Shown: positions 9,462 to 20,437 of the stretch, one piece after another
How positions within the stretch are numbered: the stretch's first letter is position 1
Layout of the letters: every line of letters starts with the position of its first letter
Source: Microgenomates group bacterium
Lineage (GTDB): Bacteria > Patescibacteriota > Microgenomatia > UBA10105 > UBA927
Reading direction: 5' to 3'
Length of the DNA stretch: 64,000 nucleotides
Assembly (NCBI GenBank): GCA_049287205.1
Contig: JBAQFJ010000001.1
Span: 842,505-906,504 of the forward strand
Translations under genes and position numbers: made by a program
Notes under the pieces: generated by a model
The model's input: the letters and a program-made list of their open reading frames with translations, nothing else
The model's database searches: none
Told to the model about the DNA's origin: nothing

Positions 9462-10040
9462 ATGGATATACAATATCTACCAATTACTTGGAATCGATAT
9501 CACGATCTTGCACGGAAAATTGCGGCAACCATTCTTCAACACCACGCGGAAGTCAATCAGATTGTTTCTATTTCCAGAGGCGGTCTAACGCTTGGACATT
9601 TACTCTCTGACTTTTTACGCATTCCTGTCGCAACATTTACGATTCAAAGCTATACCGATATTCAATCACAGGGAGAACTTGTGATTACAGAGCCATTAAA
9701 AACTCGCATTAACGATAAGCATGTCCTCTTGGTTGATGATGTTGCTGATTCCGGAAAAACACTGGTCCGCGCAACAAAATATTTATCACGATTTAAGCCG
9801 GCAAGTATTCGGGTTGTTACCATGTTTTATAAACCACACTCTGTGTTCCGTCCGGATTTCTTTGCCGAAAGCACAACAAAATGGATACTCTTCCCATATG
9901 AGCCGACAGAAATGATTTTAAATATTACCAAAACACTTACCTCACAGGGAAAATCGAAAAAAGACATTCAGGAACTTCTTAATTCTTTGGGGTACACAGC
10001 GGAAGAAATTCGATACGTCCGGAAATATTTTTTACCCTAA
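9462..10040 (+). CDS. purine phosphoribosyltransferase family protein
   Basis: PRPP-binding motif VLLVDDVADSGKTL. Confidence 0.7.
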   Translation: MDIQYLPITWNRYHDLARKIAATILQHHAEVNQIVSISRGGLTLGHLLSDFLRIPVATFTIQSYTDIQSQGELVITEPLKTRINDKHVLLVDDVADSGKTLVRATKYLSRFKPASIRVVTMFYKPHSVFRPDFFAESTTKWILFPYEPTEMILNITKTLTSQGKSKKDIQELLNSLGYTAEEIRYVRKYFLP

Positions 10041-10044
10041 CCTC

Positions 10045-11085
10045 TTATCCGTTAAATGCATGCATAAAGAGCGCAAGTTCAATAAGCCGACAGGAATACC
10101 CGTATTCATTATCATACCAAGCGCCGATGGAAATCATGTCGTCAGAGATCACTTTTGTCATACGGGAATCAATAATGCATGACGCATTGTCCCCAATAAT
10201 GTCTGACGACACTAATGGATCATAAGAAATCTTCATTTTTCCAACCAATGCTTTTGAAACACATGCATCTTCAATAATAGAATTCACTTCATCAATCGTT
10301 GTATTTCTCTTCATTTTAAATGTAAGGTCAGAATAAGAACCACAGATGACCGGCACTCTGATTGCAGACCCAGCAAATCTCCCTTTTGCCGGCGGGTATG
10401 CCGCAATCACCGCTTCCGCTGCGCCTGTTGCAGTTGGAACAATATTTACTGCACCAGCTCTCGCACGTCGTGGATCTTTTCCTGTTCCATCAACCATATT
10501 TTGATTGGTCGTATATGCATGGATCGTCGTCAGCACTCCTTCTTGGAAACCAATTTTTTCGTCAATAAGTTTGACGATCGGCGCCACACAATTTGTGGTA
10601 CAGGAACCGTTTGAAACCAGTGTTTCCCCATGATATGCTTCTTCATTCACTCCTAAAATATATGTTGGAATATGTGTATCTTTGGCTGGAGCAGAAATAA
10701 TAACTTTTTTTGCCCCTCCTTGTGTGTGTCCTGATGCTTTACTGTCTGTAAACTTTCCCGTGCACTCAAGGACAATATCAACACCATATTCCCCCCAAGG
10801 GATTTTCGTCGGATCATCAATTCCTAGAAGTGGAATCGATGACGTTCCGATTTCCAGTTTACCAATTTCAGCTGCTTTTTCGGGTTCAGCAAATCCAATA
10901 TGCACAGGCATGCGACCATACACAGAATCGTATTTGAATTGGAGAGCAATGCTTTCCGCTGTTGACTTCCCCCGGGTATTTATTGCCACTACCTCCGCAT
11001 CATATTTTTCTTTGATAAGCGCACGGAGAACAACAGTGCCAATTCTTCCAAATCCGTTGATGCCGATGTGCAATGTATTCCTCAT
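10045..11085 (-). CDS. gap: glyceraldehyde-3-phosphate dehydrogenase, type I
   Basis: INGFGRIGTVV NAD-binding motif and active-site SCTTNC. Track start at 11121 is TTG; the ATG at 11085 is preferred. Confidence 0.9.
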   Translation of the reverse strand: MRNTLHIGINGFGRIGTVVLRALIKEKYDAEVVAINTRGKSTAESIALQFKYDSVYGRMPVHIGFAEPEKAAEIGKLEIGTSSIPLLGIDDPTKIPWGEYGVDIVLECTGKFTDSKASGHTQGGAKKVIISAPAKDTHIPTYILGVNEEAYHGETLVSNGSCTTNCVAPIVKLIDEKIGFQEGVLTTIHAYTTNQNMVDGTGKDPRRARAGAVNIVPTATGAAEAVIAAYPPAKGRFAGSAIRVPVICGSYSDLTFKMKRNTTIDEVNSIIEDACVSKALVGKMKISYDPLVSSDIIGDNASCIIDSRMTKVISDDMISIGAWYDNEYGYSCRLIELALFMHAFNG

Positions 11086-11122
11086 ACTTTTATTGTATAC
11101 TTCATGAGATTTTCTTGCCAAG

Positions 11123-12157
11123 CTATTCCCACGCAGGCAGTGATTTTTTCGTTAACAGCTCAAGCATCATGCCGCCGCCTGAGGCAATAACAGTAATCTT
11201 TTCTTCTTCTCCTAGTCCAGAAACTGACGCTTCTGTATCCCCGCCTGCCAGAATTGTATATGCGCCACTTGCAACAACTGCTCGCGCTATCTTTTCTGTC
11301 CCCTCTCGATATTGTGGATTTTCAAAAAACCCCATTGCCCCCGCCCAGATAATAGTTTTCGATTCCTTTATGATGGAAGTAAATATTTCAATGTCATGTT
11401 TGTTTAAATCAAATCCGTCATCCGAAAGCGCGGCAATACAAAATTTATCTGTAATAATAGTGTCGCTTGATATAAGGTGCGGTAACTTCCCGCCAATTAA
11501 TACATGATCTGCAATCGCCGCTAACCCCGCCACATACGTTAGCTTGTCTTTTTTTGCTCCACCCAAAATTACTGTCACTGGGTGGGTGGGATTTTCCACA
11601 ACATGCATCAATTCCTGCACTTCCCGTATAAATGCAATGCCATAGCTTGTGGGTAAGTCATGGTGTAACTGCACAGAACGATGACGACGATGGGAAACGG
11701 CAAGTGCGTCATTCACATACCAGTCTGCGTTATGAATCAACGCCTGCAGAAACTGCGGATCATTCTGTTCTTCCCCTTCCCAAAAACGCACATTTTCAAA
11801 ACACAAAACAGAATACGTCTGACATGCAGCATGAATAGCTGCATCATCATGTACGTCTTCAATAAAAATATCAGAAACAGTCGTTGCTGTGGACTCACGG
11901 ATCAGCGGCAATAAAGCGCGATATATCGGACCTAACGAATATTGCGGATCTTTTCCTTTTGGCCTGCCAACATGACCGAGAAGCAAGAGGACACACTGTT
12001 TTTCAAGAAGCTCTTTTATTGTCGGAATGGATTTTTTTAACCGGTCGTCATCTGTAACACTACCATCTTTCATCGGCTCATCCATATCTATACGCACGAT
12101 CACATGTGCTTTTGGAGGGATATCGTGAATCGAACGCAAGACAGGTGTACGTATCAT
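11123..12157 (-). CDS. pgk: phosphoglycerate kinase
   Basis: LLLGHVGRPKG and GGGMMLELL motifs. Operonic with gap. Confidence 0.9.
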   Translation of the reverse strand: MIRTPVLRSIHDIPPKAHVIVRIDMDEPMKDGSVTDDDRLKKSIPTIKELLEKQCVLLLLGHVGRPKGKDPQYSLGPIYRALLPLIRESTATTVSDIFIEDVHDDAAIHAACQTYSVLCFENVRFWEGEEQNDPQFLQALIHNADWYVNDALAVSHRRHRSVQLHHDLPTSYGIAFIREVQELMHVVENPTHPVTVILGGAKKDKLTYVAGLAAIADHVLIGGKLPHLISSDTIITDKFCIAALSDDGFDLNKHDIEIFTSIIKESKTIIWAGAMGFFENPQYREGTEKIARAVVASGAYTILAGGDTEASVSGLGEEEKITVIASGGGMMLELLTKKSLPAWE

Positions 12158-12168
12158 ATATTCTTCTC

Positions 12169-12816
12169 CTATTTACTATAGCATCCATTTTGCAGCAACA
12201 ACACACTTCCTGTTGTCGATGGGAGTACTGCTTTTTTTGACTCGTTCAGAAAAGACACAATTTCTTCCCGCGGGAGTGACGCGAGCGAGCCAACGGCAAA
12301 CAGCAATGTGTCACCACTTGTAAAGGGGAAGGTCGCTGAAGCAAATGTCAGTGCATATCTGTCACTTCCTAATTTTGGCATCGCTTCATATTCCATATCT
12401 GCAACAATTCCCATGAGCCGTTGTTCCTGATTTTTTCGAATTTCAACAACACTTGCATCACCAAAACATCCGATCCACGCAGTTTTTTGCCCAATGATAC
12501 AACAGACACCATCAACAACCAATCCTTTGCTATATATTTTTTCCTTCCGTTTTTGCCATAGAGAAATGTTTGTCGTCCTGATAATTCTTGTTAGCAACGC
12601 TTTCTTGTCTATCCAATAACAGTGTCTTTTTCTGATTTCCTTATATCCCCAAACGGCAGTATCCGCGGCAAGTGCAGCCGCGACATATCCGTAGGAAAGA
12701 GATGCTCCATGCATAATACAGGCAAACTCTGATTGAAAATCGGATACCGCATTTGTCGGATGCTCACCAACATTTGGAAAAATTCTTGTGATCGTGATTG
12801 TTTGGGTACTTTCCAT
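12169..12816 (-). CDS. hypothetical protein (possible PPM/SpoIIE-like phosphatase fold)
   Basis: Weak resemblance (HGASLSYGYVAAALAA) to PPM-type phosphatases. Not conclusive. Confidence 0.3.
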   Translation of the reverse strand: MESTQTITITRIFPNVGEHPTNAVSDFQSEFACIMHGASLSYGYVAAALAADTAVWGYKEIRKRHCYWIDKKALLTRIIRTTNISLWQKRKEKIYSKGLVVDGVCCIIGQKTAWIGCFGDASVVEIRKNQEQRLMGIVADMEYEAMPKLGSDRYALTFASATFPFTSGDTLLFAVGSLASLPREEIVSFLNESKKAVLPSTTGSVLLLQNGCYSK

Positions 12817-12852
12817 AGGTTTTCTTTGCTTCTTCTATTATAATAGATAGAC

Positions 12853-15057
12853 ATGAACACCGAGACAAAAGAAAAAATTGGAAAGCTACGCACCACGCTA
12901 TGGAAACACCGCGCGTATAGCTTTTGGCTCATTCCTCTCTTTCTCACCCTTTTTGTCTATTTCACCCTACTCAAAGATCTTCCGTCACCAACCAAGCTTG
13001 GCGTCTATGATATACCGCTTGCAACCAAAATATATGACAGAAAAGGTGTTCTCTTGTTTGATATTTTCACTGACCAAAACAGGTCTCTTGTGCCATTGTC
13101 AGATATTCCAAAATATGTCCAGCAGGCAACGCTATCCATTGAGGACAAAGACTTCTATCATCATGGCGGTATTAATCCTATTGGGGGAATTCTTAGGGCT
13201 ATTTCAGCAACTATTCTTGGCAAACAACTGCAGGGTGGTTCAACGATTACGCAACAACTGGTAAAATCAGCGCTCCTCACCCCGCAGCAAACCATTATCC
13301 GCAAACTAAAGGAAATGATCCTCGCCTATTGGGTGGAGGCTTTATATTCCAAGGACAAAATTCTTGAAATGTATCTCAATCAAGTGCCGTATGGCGGAAC
13401 CGCTTGGGGAATTGGCACAGCGGCAGAAAAATATTTCGGCAAATCTGTTAAAGACCTGAATCTTGCCGAGGCAGCGCTTCTTGCCGGACTTCCCCAGGCA
13501 CCGACACTCTATTCCCCTTTTGGCAACAATCCGGAGCTTGCTGTTGCAAGACAGAAAGAGGTGCTTCGTCGAATGGAGGAAGATGGATACATTACTAAAG
13601 CACAAGAAGAAGAGGCAAAAAACACAACACTCACCTTTAAAAAACCAACAAATATCAAAGCGCCGCATTTTGTTATGTTCGTAAAAGAACAACTCGTCAA
13701 TCAATTTGGTGAACATACTGTGGAACGGGGCGGCCTGAAAGTGTACACAACACTTGATGCGGATCTGCAAGAATACGCACAAGCGACAGTGAGTGCAGAG
13801 GTGGCAAAACTGCAAGCCACCAATGTAACAAATGGAGCAGCGCTTATTACAAATCCTCCAACAGGAGAAATACTTGCCATGGTTGGATCAGTCGATTATT
13901 TTGCGACACCCTCCGGAGGATTTAATGTCACAACAGCCCTTCGTCAGCCAGGATCATCAATCAAACCTATTAACTACGCAATTGGCATTGACAAAAAACT
14001 TGTCACAGCGGCAACCACATTCTTAGATATTCCAACTTGTTTTGGCGTTGTAGGGCAACCTTCATATTGCCCAAAAAATTATGACGGAAAATTTCGCGGT
14101 CCGGTCCAGCTCCGCTTTGCACTTGGCAATTCTTTGAATATTCCTGCGGTTAAAATGCTGTATATCAATACTGTTTCTGATATGGTCGCATCAGCTTCCG
14201 CTTTTGGACTAACCACTATTCAAAATCCTGATAATTATGGCCTTTCTCTCACACTTGGCGGTGGTGAAGTACGAATGATTGATATGGCGGAAGCGTTCGG
14301 AGTACTTGCAAACGGCGGTATTCGAAAAAATCTAGTGGCAATTAAAAAAGTAGTTGACCGCGACGGAAAAACACTGAGCGAATATACTGATCCAAACATG
14401 GATAAAGAAGTTCCTTCACAATTGCTTTTAAAAGGTGACAGGGTTCTTTCCAATGAAACAACGTTTATTGTTTCTCATATACTTTTAGACAACAACGCAA
14501 GACAGGATGCATTCGGATCAAGCTCATCTCTTGTCATTCCAAATCACGCGGTTTCAGTCAAAACAGGAACAACGGATGATCTTCGGGACAACTGGACTAT
14601 CGGGTATACACCCAGCATGCTTGTGGCAACATGGGTTGGCAATAACGACAATTCACCAATGAATCGCTATCTTGTATCAGGTGTCACAGGAGCAGCACCC
14701 ATTTGGAATAAACTCATGACAAAAGCACTCGCTGGAAAACCTGATATTTGGCCAAAGCAGCCTGAAAATGTCGTTGGTGCGCAAATCTGCACCATCTCAG
14801 GACTCCTCCCACCAAATCCTGACGCAGGAGACAAAGGGTGCGCTACTCGATTTGAATATTTTATTAAAGGAACCGTACCGACAGAAAAAGAAAATCTAAA
14901 GCAATCGGTGGTTATTGATAAATCGACCGGTGACTTGGCGGCACCAGGTGTCACTGATAATACGGAGGTGACAGAAAAACAAATTGTAAAAGATCCGATA
15001 TCAAAATATTGTCTTGACTGTCAACATCCTGAGAATAAACCGACATTCATTCAATAA
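12853..15057 (+). CDS. class A penicillin-binding protein (glycosyltransferase + transpeptidase), PBP1A-like
   Basis: GT51 motifs EDKDFYHHGG and GGSTITQQL. Transpeptidase motifs SSIK (SxxK) and KTGT. N-terminal TM anchor. Confidence 0.9.
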   Translation: MNTETKEKIGKLRTTLWKHRAYSFWLIPLFLTLFVYFTLLKDLPSPTKLGVYDIPLATKIYDRKGVLLFDIFTDQNRSLVPLSDIPKYVQQATLSIEDKDFYHHGGINPIGGILRAISATILGKQLQGGSTITQQLVKSALLTPQQTIIRKLKEMILAYWVEALYSKDKILEMYLNQVPYGGTAWGIGTAAEKYFGKSVKDLNLAEAALLAGLPQAPTLYSPFGNNPELAVARQKEVLRRMEEDGYITKAQEEEAKNTTLTFKKPTNIKAPHFVMFVKEQLVNQFGEHTVERGGLKVYTTLDADLQEYAQATVSAEVAKLQATNVTNGAALITNPPTGEILAMVGSVDYFATPSGGFNVTTALRQPGSSIKPINYAIGIDKKLVTAATTFLDIPTCFGVVGQPSYCPKNYDGKFRGPVQLRFALGNSLNIPAVKMLYINTVSDMVASASAFGLTTIQNPDNYGLSLTLGGGEVRMIDMAEAFGVLANGGIRKNLVAIKKVVDRDGKTLSEYTDPNMDKEVPSQLLLKGDRVLSNETTFIVSHILLDNNARQDAFGSSSSLVIPNHAVSVKTGTTDDLRDNWTIGYTPSMLVATWVGNNDNSPMNRYLVSGVTGAAPIWNKLMTKALAGKPDIWPKQPENVVGAQICTISGLLPPNPDAGDKGCATRFEYFIKGTVPTEKENLKQSVVIDKSTGDLAAPGVTDNTEVTEKQIVKDPISKYCLDCQHPENKPTFIQ

Positions 15058-15125
15058 ACCGTTGTTTTCCTCCTTGTTTTTTTTACGCAGGCGAGATATA
15101 AATCAACTATTGGTTATTACAAAAT

Positions 15126-17222
15126 ATGGCACGTCCGCACGCTCCCAAAAAAACTTCTCTCTCACAAATCTTCTGTTCTGTTTGGCAATCTTTATATACA
15201 GTTCATACCAAATATAAAGAACATCTTACACAAATCAACAACCGAAACACGACTGGTAAGAAAAAATTCCATATGCAATCATTTTTGTTTGGCATACTCG
15301 CAGCCATTTTCTGCATCTTTATCCCATATACCATCAATGAATGGTTACATAATCTTCCGAACCCCTCTATGCTTTCCCGAAGAGATTTAGCTGTGTCAAC
15401 ACAAATCTTAGATCGGAATGGCGCACTATTATATGAAATTTATGCTGACCAAAACAGAACACCTATTCCCCTGACTGCCATGCCAAAGCATTTAAAGCAG
15501 GCAACACTCGCCATTGAAGATAGGGATTTTTATAAACATAACGGATTCTCCATAAAAGGAATTACAAGAGCTGCAACAGAAATTCTGTTTAATCACCAAA
15601 TTCAAGGTGGGTCAACCATCACGCAACAACTGATTAAATCTGCGCTCCTGACACCTGAAGTCTCAATCACCCGAAAAATTAAAGAGATCATCCTCGCGTT
15701 TTGGGCGGAACGAATGTACACCAAAGATGAAATACTCGAAATGTATCTCAATCAAGTGCCGTATGGAGGCACGTCATGGGGTATTGAATCAGCCAGCAAA
15801 ACATATTTCAATAAAGAACTGTCCGAATTAACCCTTGCTGAAACCGCGCTGCTTGCGGGACTTCCGGCAGCTCCCACTAATTACTCTCCATTTGGCAGCT
15901 CTCCTGAAAAAGCATTTGATCGGCAGGCAGAGGTTTTAAGGCGAATGGTTGAAGACGGATATATAACAAAAGAAGAAGCTGAAACCGCATATGCAGAAAA
16001 AATCCGCTTTGCAACTCCCGATATTTCTATTCGCGCTCCGCATTTTGTCATGTATATAAAAGACATATTAGAAAAAAGGTATGGAGCAAGAAAAGTTGAA
16101 CAGGGAGGGTTACGGGTTGTTACATCACTTGATGTTACCATGCAAGAAAAAGTGCAAAACATTGTCACTTCTAATATTGAAGGGCTTACAAATCTCAACG
16201 TCGGCAACGGTGCCGCGTTGGTAACAAATCCAAAAACCGGAGAGATTCTTGCAATGATCGGAAGTAAAAATTACTTTGACAATGAACACGATGGAAATGT
16301 AAATGTAACCACAGCACTCAGACAACCCGGTTCCTCCATAAAAGTTGTCACCTACGCCTTAGCACTGGAAAATGGATTTACTGCCGCTTCTATTTTGGAT
16401 GATTCCCCTGTTTCTTATACCATTCCCAATAACCCGGCATATACTCCGGTAAATTATGACGGAAAATTTCATGGAGCAACACCACTTCGCTATGCGCTCG
16501 CCAATTCATATAATATCCCGGCAGTAAAACTTGCTTCCCGTCTTGGTGTAAACGCAATCGTTTCTAAAGGGAAGCAAATGGGTATCACTTCATGGAACGA
16601 CGCATCCAATTATGGATTATCTATCACGCTTGGCGGTGGAGAGGTAACAATGCTTGATATGGCAAAAGTTTTTGGAACGCTCGCTAATAAAGGAATACGA
16701 CAAAATCTCCTACCGATTCTTGAAGTCACTGATTACACAGGAAAAGTGTATGAACGAAATACAGTTGATAATGGAACACTTGCTGTTAAAGAGGACGCTG
16801 CCTGGATTATGAGCAATATATTAAGCGATAACACAGCAAGAACCAACGCGTTTGGACCAAACTCAGCACTCGTTATTCAGGGAAAAACTGTTTCCGTAAA
16901 AACAGGAACAAGTAATGATAAACGAGATAATTGGACGGTTGGATATACACCTTCTCTCGTTACTACGGTGTGGGTTGGGAACAACGACAATACACCGATG
17001 AATCCTTATCTTTCCTCAGGTATTACCGGGGCAGCACCAATTTGGCATGATATCATGACAGAAATTCTAAAAGATAAACCGGAAGAAATCGCACCGAGAA
17101 GTGCAAATATCGTTTCACTCCCCTGTTATTTTGGACGAGCTGAATATTTTATTCGGGGATCAGAACCGGCAGGTGGAAGATGTCAAACAATTCCAACGCC
17201 GACACCAACAAATACTCCCTAA
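15126..17222 (+). CDS. class A penicillin-binding protein, second tandem paralogue
   Basis: EDRDFYKHNG, GGSTITQQL, SSIK, KTGT present. Start may be the ATG at 15273 (MQSFLFGILAAIF TM helix). Confidence 0.9.
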   Translation: MARPHAPKKTSLSQIFCSVWQSLYTVHTKYKEHLTQINNRNTTGKKKFHMQSFLFGILAAIFCIFIPYTINEWLHNLPNPSMLSRRDLAVSTQILDRNGALLYEIYADQNRTPIPLTAMPKHLKQATLAIEDRDFYKHNGFSIKGITRAATEILFNHQIQGGSTITQQLIKSALLTPEVSITRKIKEIILAFWAERMYTKDEILEMYLNQVPYGGTSWGIESASKTYFNKELSELTLAETALLAGLPAAPTNYSPFGSSPEKAFDRQAEVLRRMVEDGYITKEEAETAYAEKIRFATPDISIRAPHFVMYIKDILEKRYGARKVEQGGLRVVTSLDVTMQEKVQNIVTSNIEGLTNLNVGNGAALVTNPKTGEILAMIGSKNYFDNEHDGNVNVTTALRQPGSSIKVVTYALALENGFTAASILDDSPVSYTIPNNPAYTPVNYDGKFHGATPLRYALANSYNIPAVKLASRLGVNAIVSKGKQMGITSWNDASNYGLSITLGGGEVTMLDMAKVFGTLANKGIRQNLLPILEVTDYTGKVYERNTVDNGTLAVKEDAAWIMSNILSDNTARTNAFGPNSALVIQGKTVSVKTGTSNDKRDNWTVGYTPSLVTTVWVGNNDNTPMNPYLSSGITGAAPIWHDIMTEILKDKPEEIAPRSANIVSLPCYFGRAEYFIRGSEPAGGRCQTIPTPTPTNTP

Positions 17223-17228
17223 ACCAAT

Positions 17229-17480
17229 TTAGAGTTGTTTTGGGGTGCGTGCCACGTTTACTACTAATGGCCTTCCCTCAACAATAGTTCCATTAAAAAG
17301 TTCTATTGCTTTCTTGGCATCCTCCTCTGAACTCATTTCAACAAAACCAAATCCTCGGGATTTTCCGGAATATTTATCTGTCACAACTTGTGCTGATACA
17401 ACAGTTCCTGCCTGTGCAAACGTGCTTTTTAATGAAGCGTCATCAATAGTAAATGAAAGATTTCCAATAAATAAATTCAT
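17229..17480 (-). CDS. RRM-type RNA-binding protein
   Basis: RNP-2 LFIGNL and RNP-1 RGFGFVEM motifs. Confidence 0.85.
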   Translation of the reverse strand: MNLFIGNLSFTIDDASLKSTFAQAGTVVSAQVVTDKYSGKSRGFGFVEMSSEEDAKKAIELFNGTIVEGRPLVVNVARTPKQL

Positions 17481-17518
17481 ATCATATCCCTTTCTCTAGA
17501 ACGAGTATACCATAGAGG

Positions 17519-18130
17519 TTATTCCAGCACTTCTTCTTCATCATACTGACTACTATCATCTGTGCCAGTCTGAACATCCATATCTGATGTGGTTTCGGCA
17601 GCTGTAAATACAAATGTCTGTGTGATTCCTGAATGTATTTCAGTCCAATATGCTTCATCTGTTTGCATGTCTGCTTCGACAGTGATCAACACATCGACAT
17701 CAATTGCTCCAGTAATCATTTTTTTGGTTACTCCGGATAGTATGATTTTTTTAGCTTCTTTTCCACCAAGTGTTGTGTCAACTGATGGTGCCTTCTTCAC
17801 TGTACTATCCCCTTTTACCCACGCATCTATTGTCTGATACGTTGTATCTTTTGCCCAAATAATAATGTTTCCTGCATGCCCAGCACTTGTCAGTTCAACA
17901 TGCGCATAATTCTCTGTGTCTTCATCGTGTTTATTGACAGTCAAGTCGGCAGGATAGGTAAATGAAAAGCCTGCAGGATCTTCCCACAGTACCAATGCTT
18001 TCGGAGCAACAGTTACTGCAGGCTCTGTATTCTGCACACTACGTATAAATTTTGTTCTGTATACAAAAATACCGGCAACAATAATACATCCTGCAAAAAC
18101 GATACTTCCTATTACAATAGGCTTTTTCAT
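17519..18130 (-). CDS. hypothetical membrane-anchored/secreted protein
   Basis: N-terminal TM helix and acidic C-terminus. No known domain recognised. Confidence 0.4.
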   Translation of the reverse strand: MKKPIVIGSIVFAGCIIVAGIFVYRTKFIRSVQNTEPAVTVAPKALVLWEDPAGFSFTYPADLTVNKHDEDTENYAHVELTSAGHAGNIIIWAKDTTYQTIDAWVKGDSTVKKAPSVDTTLGGKEAKKIILSGVTKKMITGAIDVDVLITVEADMQTDEAYWTEIHSGITQTFVFTAAETTSDMDVQTGTDDSSQYDEEEVLE

Positions 18131-18160
18131 ATACCACTATTCTATCAAATTTCTCTCCTT

Positions 18161-18598
18161 ATGGTATATAATAGACTCAAATCTATGAAAACCTTTTTGA
18201 CTCTTTGTATTTGTATTGGTCTATTTTGTTCCACAGTGACTCCTGTGTTTGCCGCAAAAACACGGGTAAAAAAAACTACAACCTCTACAAAATCATTTTC
18301 CTATTCAACAGCGAAACTCTCACGTTCAACAAACAGTGTTATTGTGACATTTCAAAATCTTGGATCCGTTAAAAAAATTGGATACGAACTCAACTATACT
18401 GCGGGGGGTGTTTCGCAGGGTGCAATGGGCACGGTACAGACAGCAGGACTCGTCTCTGACTCAAGAGATCTTTACTTTGGTACATGCAGCCATGGTGTTT
18501 GTACACCACATCGCACTATTCAAAATGCCACACTCACCATCACTACCTATTTAACGAGTGGTGCTACAAACGTAAAACGGTATCGCATAAAAATATAA
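18161..18598 (+). CDS. hypothetical secreted protein
   Basis: Signal peptide ending VFA. No known domain recognised. Confidence 0.4.
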   Translation: MVYNRLKSMKTFLTLCICIGLFCSTVTPVFAAKTRVKKTTTSTKSFSYSTAKLSRSTNSVIVTFQNLGSVKKIGYELNYTAGGVSQGAMGTVQTAGLVSDSRDLYFGTCSHGVCTPHRTIQNATLTITTYLTSGATNVKRYRIKI

Positions 18599-18609
18599 GG
18601 AGAAATTTT

Positions 18610-18804
18610 ATGAATGTACATGTACAACAAGACAAATGTTTATCCTGTGGTATGTGTTCCTCTATTGCACCGGAACTCTTTTCCCTCGACACAGGACTGG
18701 TTACGATAAAAAAACAACCAGACACCTATATAGAAGAAGATAAAAAACTGGCGCGCGAAGCAGCAGCTGCTTGTCCTAATGACGTCATTACTGTAACGGA
18801 ATAA
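18610..18804 (+). CDS. small ferredoxin (single [4Fe-4S]/[3Fe-4S] cluster type)
   Basis: MNVHVQQDKCLSCGMCSSIAPE ... AAAACPNDVI (CxxCxxC ... CP). AGGAG RBS 8 nt upstream of ATG 18610. Shorter than track ORF 18484..18804. Confidence 0.7.
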   Translation: MNVHVQQDKCLSCGMCSSIAPELFSLDTGLVTIKKQPDTYIEEDKKLAREAAAACPNDVITVTE

Positions 18805-18814
18805 TTCCTTTTTT

Positions 18815-19588
18815 ATGAATCTTTTCCACGCTTTTATTCTTGGAATTATTGAAGGCATTACGGAATTTCTCCCTGTTTCTTCTACAGGACACATGATCCT
18901 CGCAGACACCCTTTTGTCTATTCCACAAACGGATTTTCTCACATCTTTTGAAATCATCATTCAACTGGGCGCAATTGCAGCTGTCGCCATTCTCTACGCG
19001 GACACACTTTTAAAAAAACGGTTTTTGATAAAACCACTTATTTATGCGTTTATTCCAACAGTCACTGTCGGGTTTATTTTTTATACAATCGTGAAACGCT
19101 ATCTTTTGGGGGACGCATTCATCGTCGTCTGTTCACTTGCAATTGGCGGATTAGCGTTTCTCATAATTGAACAGTATGTTAAAAAAAGAAAAACACCCAC
19201 AACATCACTTGAATCGATCACGCCAAAACAGGCAGTGTACATCGGACTTGGACAAACGTTATCCATGATTCCAGGCGTTTCCCGTTCAGCAGCTTCCATT
19301 TTTTCCGGTCTTCTTTCAGGGCTTTCAAAAGAAGCCGCGGTTGAATTTTCATTTCTTCTCGCCATTCCTACGATGCTGGCAGCCACCGGATATGACATCC
19401 TCAAAACACCTTTTCAAATTACTCCAACAACATTCCAACTCTTAAGTGTCGGTCTTATCACATCATTTGTAACTGCGCTCCTTGCAGTAAAATTATTTCT
19501 TCAGTTTGTAAAAAAACATTCTTTTTTACCGTTTGCCATCTATAGGATTCTTCTTGCGGGGCTCTTCTATTTCTATATTTTAAAATAA
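18815..19588 (+). CDS. uppP: undecaprenyl-diphosphate phosphatase
   Basis: MNLFHAFILGIIEGITEFLPVSSTGHMIL N-terminus characteristic of UppP/BacA. Confidence 0.85.
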   Translation: MNLFHAFILGIIEGITEFLPVSSTGHMILADTLLSIPQTDFLTSFEIIIQLGAIAAVAILYADTLLKKRFLIKPLIYAFIPTVTVGFIFYTIVKRYLLGDAFIVVCSLAIGGLAFLIIEQYVKKRKTPTTSLESITPKQAVYIGLGQTLSMIPGVSRSAASIFSGLLSGLSKEAAVEFSFLLAIPTMLAATGYDILKTPFQITPTTFQLLSVGLITSFVTALLAVKLFLQFVKKHSFLPFAIYRILLAGLFYFYILK

Positions 19589-19618
19589 ACATATTTACAT
19601 TCTTGCTATACTGTATAT

Positions 19619-20437
19619 ATGACAAATAAAAAAAGAATTGGATTGGCACTTGGCAGCGGCGGCCCTCGAGGACTTGCTCATATCGGCGTTATCAAAGCAC
19701 TTTTAGAACATCATATCCCCATTGATATTATCACCGGCTCAAGCGCCGGCGCGCTGATAGGTGGATTGTACGCATCACTTGGAAATATCGGGGAAGTTGA
19801 AAAAATTGCCACTTCACTTACAAAAAAAGATTTATTATGGGTTTTTTCGGATGTGGGATTGCCATCAGGAATACTCCATGGAAATAATGTTACTGAATTC
19901 ATTCAAAATTTCCTCCACCATATTCTCATAGAATCGCTTCCTCTACCATTCGCAGCAATTGCGACTGACCTTTCGTCTGGTGATCCTGTGGTGTTAACAA
20001 CCGGTAATTTAGCAACAGCCATTCATGCAAGTTTTGCAATTCCTGTTGTATTTGAACCGGTATTTTTAAACAATACCTACATGATTGACGGCGGTTGTTC
20101 ATCTCCGGTACCGGTGCGCCAAGCAAAACAACTTGGTGCTGATATCGTTATTGCAGTTAACCTTGATTTATATCCGTTACTTGACCGAGAGCAGGGAAAA
20201 GAAACAAAAAAACCAAGCGTTAAAGATGCGGGATTTGCCACAGTAAATTTTTTCCGATACAACCTTTCCAAAGAACTCTGCAAATCTGCAGATGTCACTA
20301 TTATCCCCGATGTCGCTACTGTATCATCACTTAATTTATTGCAGGTTTTTCAGGGGAGCAAGGTTATTCAAAAAGGGTATGATGCAACAATCACCCAACT
20401 GCCAGCAATAAAACGTTGCATTGGAATTTTAAAATAA
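19619..20437 (+). CDS. patatin-like phospholipase
   Basis: GSGGPRG oxyanion motif, GSSAG nucleophile elbow, DGG. Confidence 0.85.
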   Translation: MTNKKRIGLALGSGGPRGLAHIGVIKALLEHHIPIDIITGSSAGALIGGLYASLGNIGEVEKIATSLTKKDLLWVFSDVGLPSGILHGNNVTEFIQNFLHHILIESLPLPFAAIATDLSSGDPVVLTTGNLATAIHASFAIPVVFEPVFLNNTYMIDGGCSSPVPVRQAKQLGADIVIAVNLDLYPLLDREQGKETKKPSVKDAGFATVNFFRYNLSKELCKSADVTIIPDVATVSSLNLLQVFQGSKVIQKGYDATITQLPAIKRCIGILK

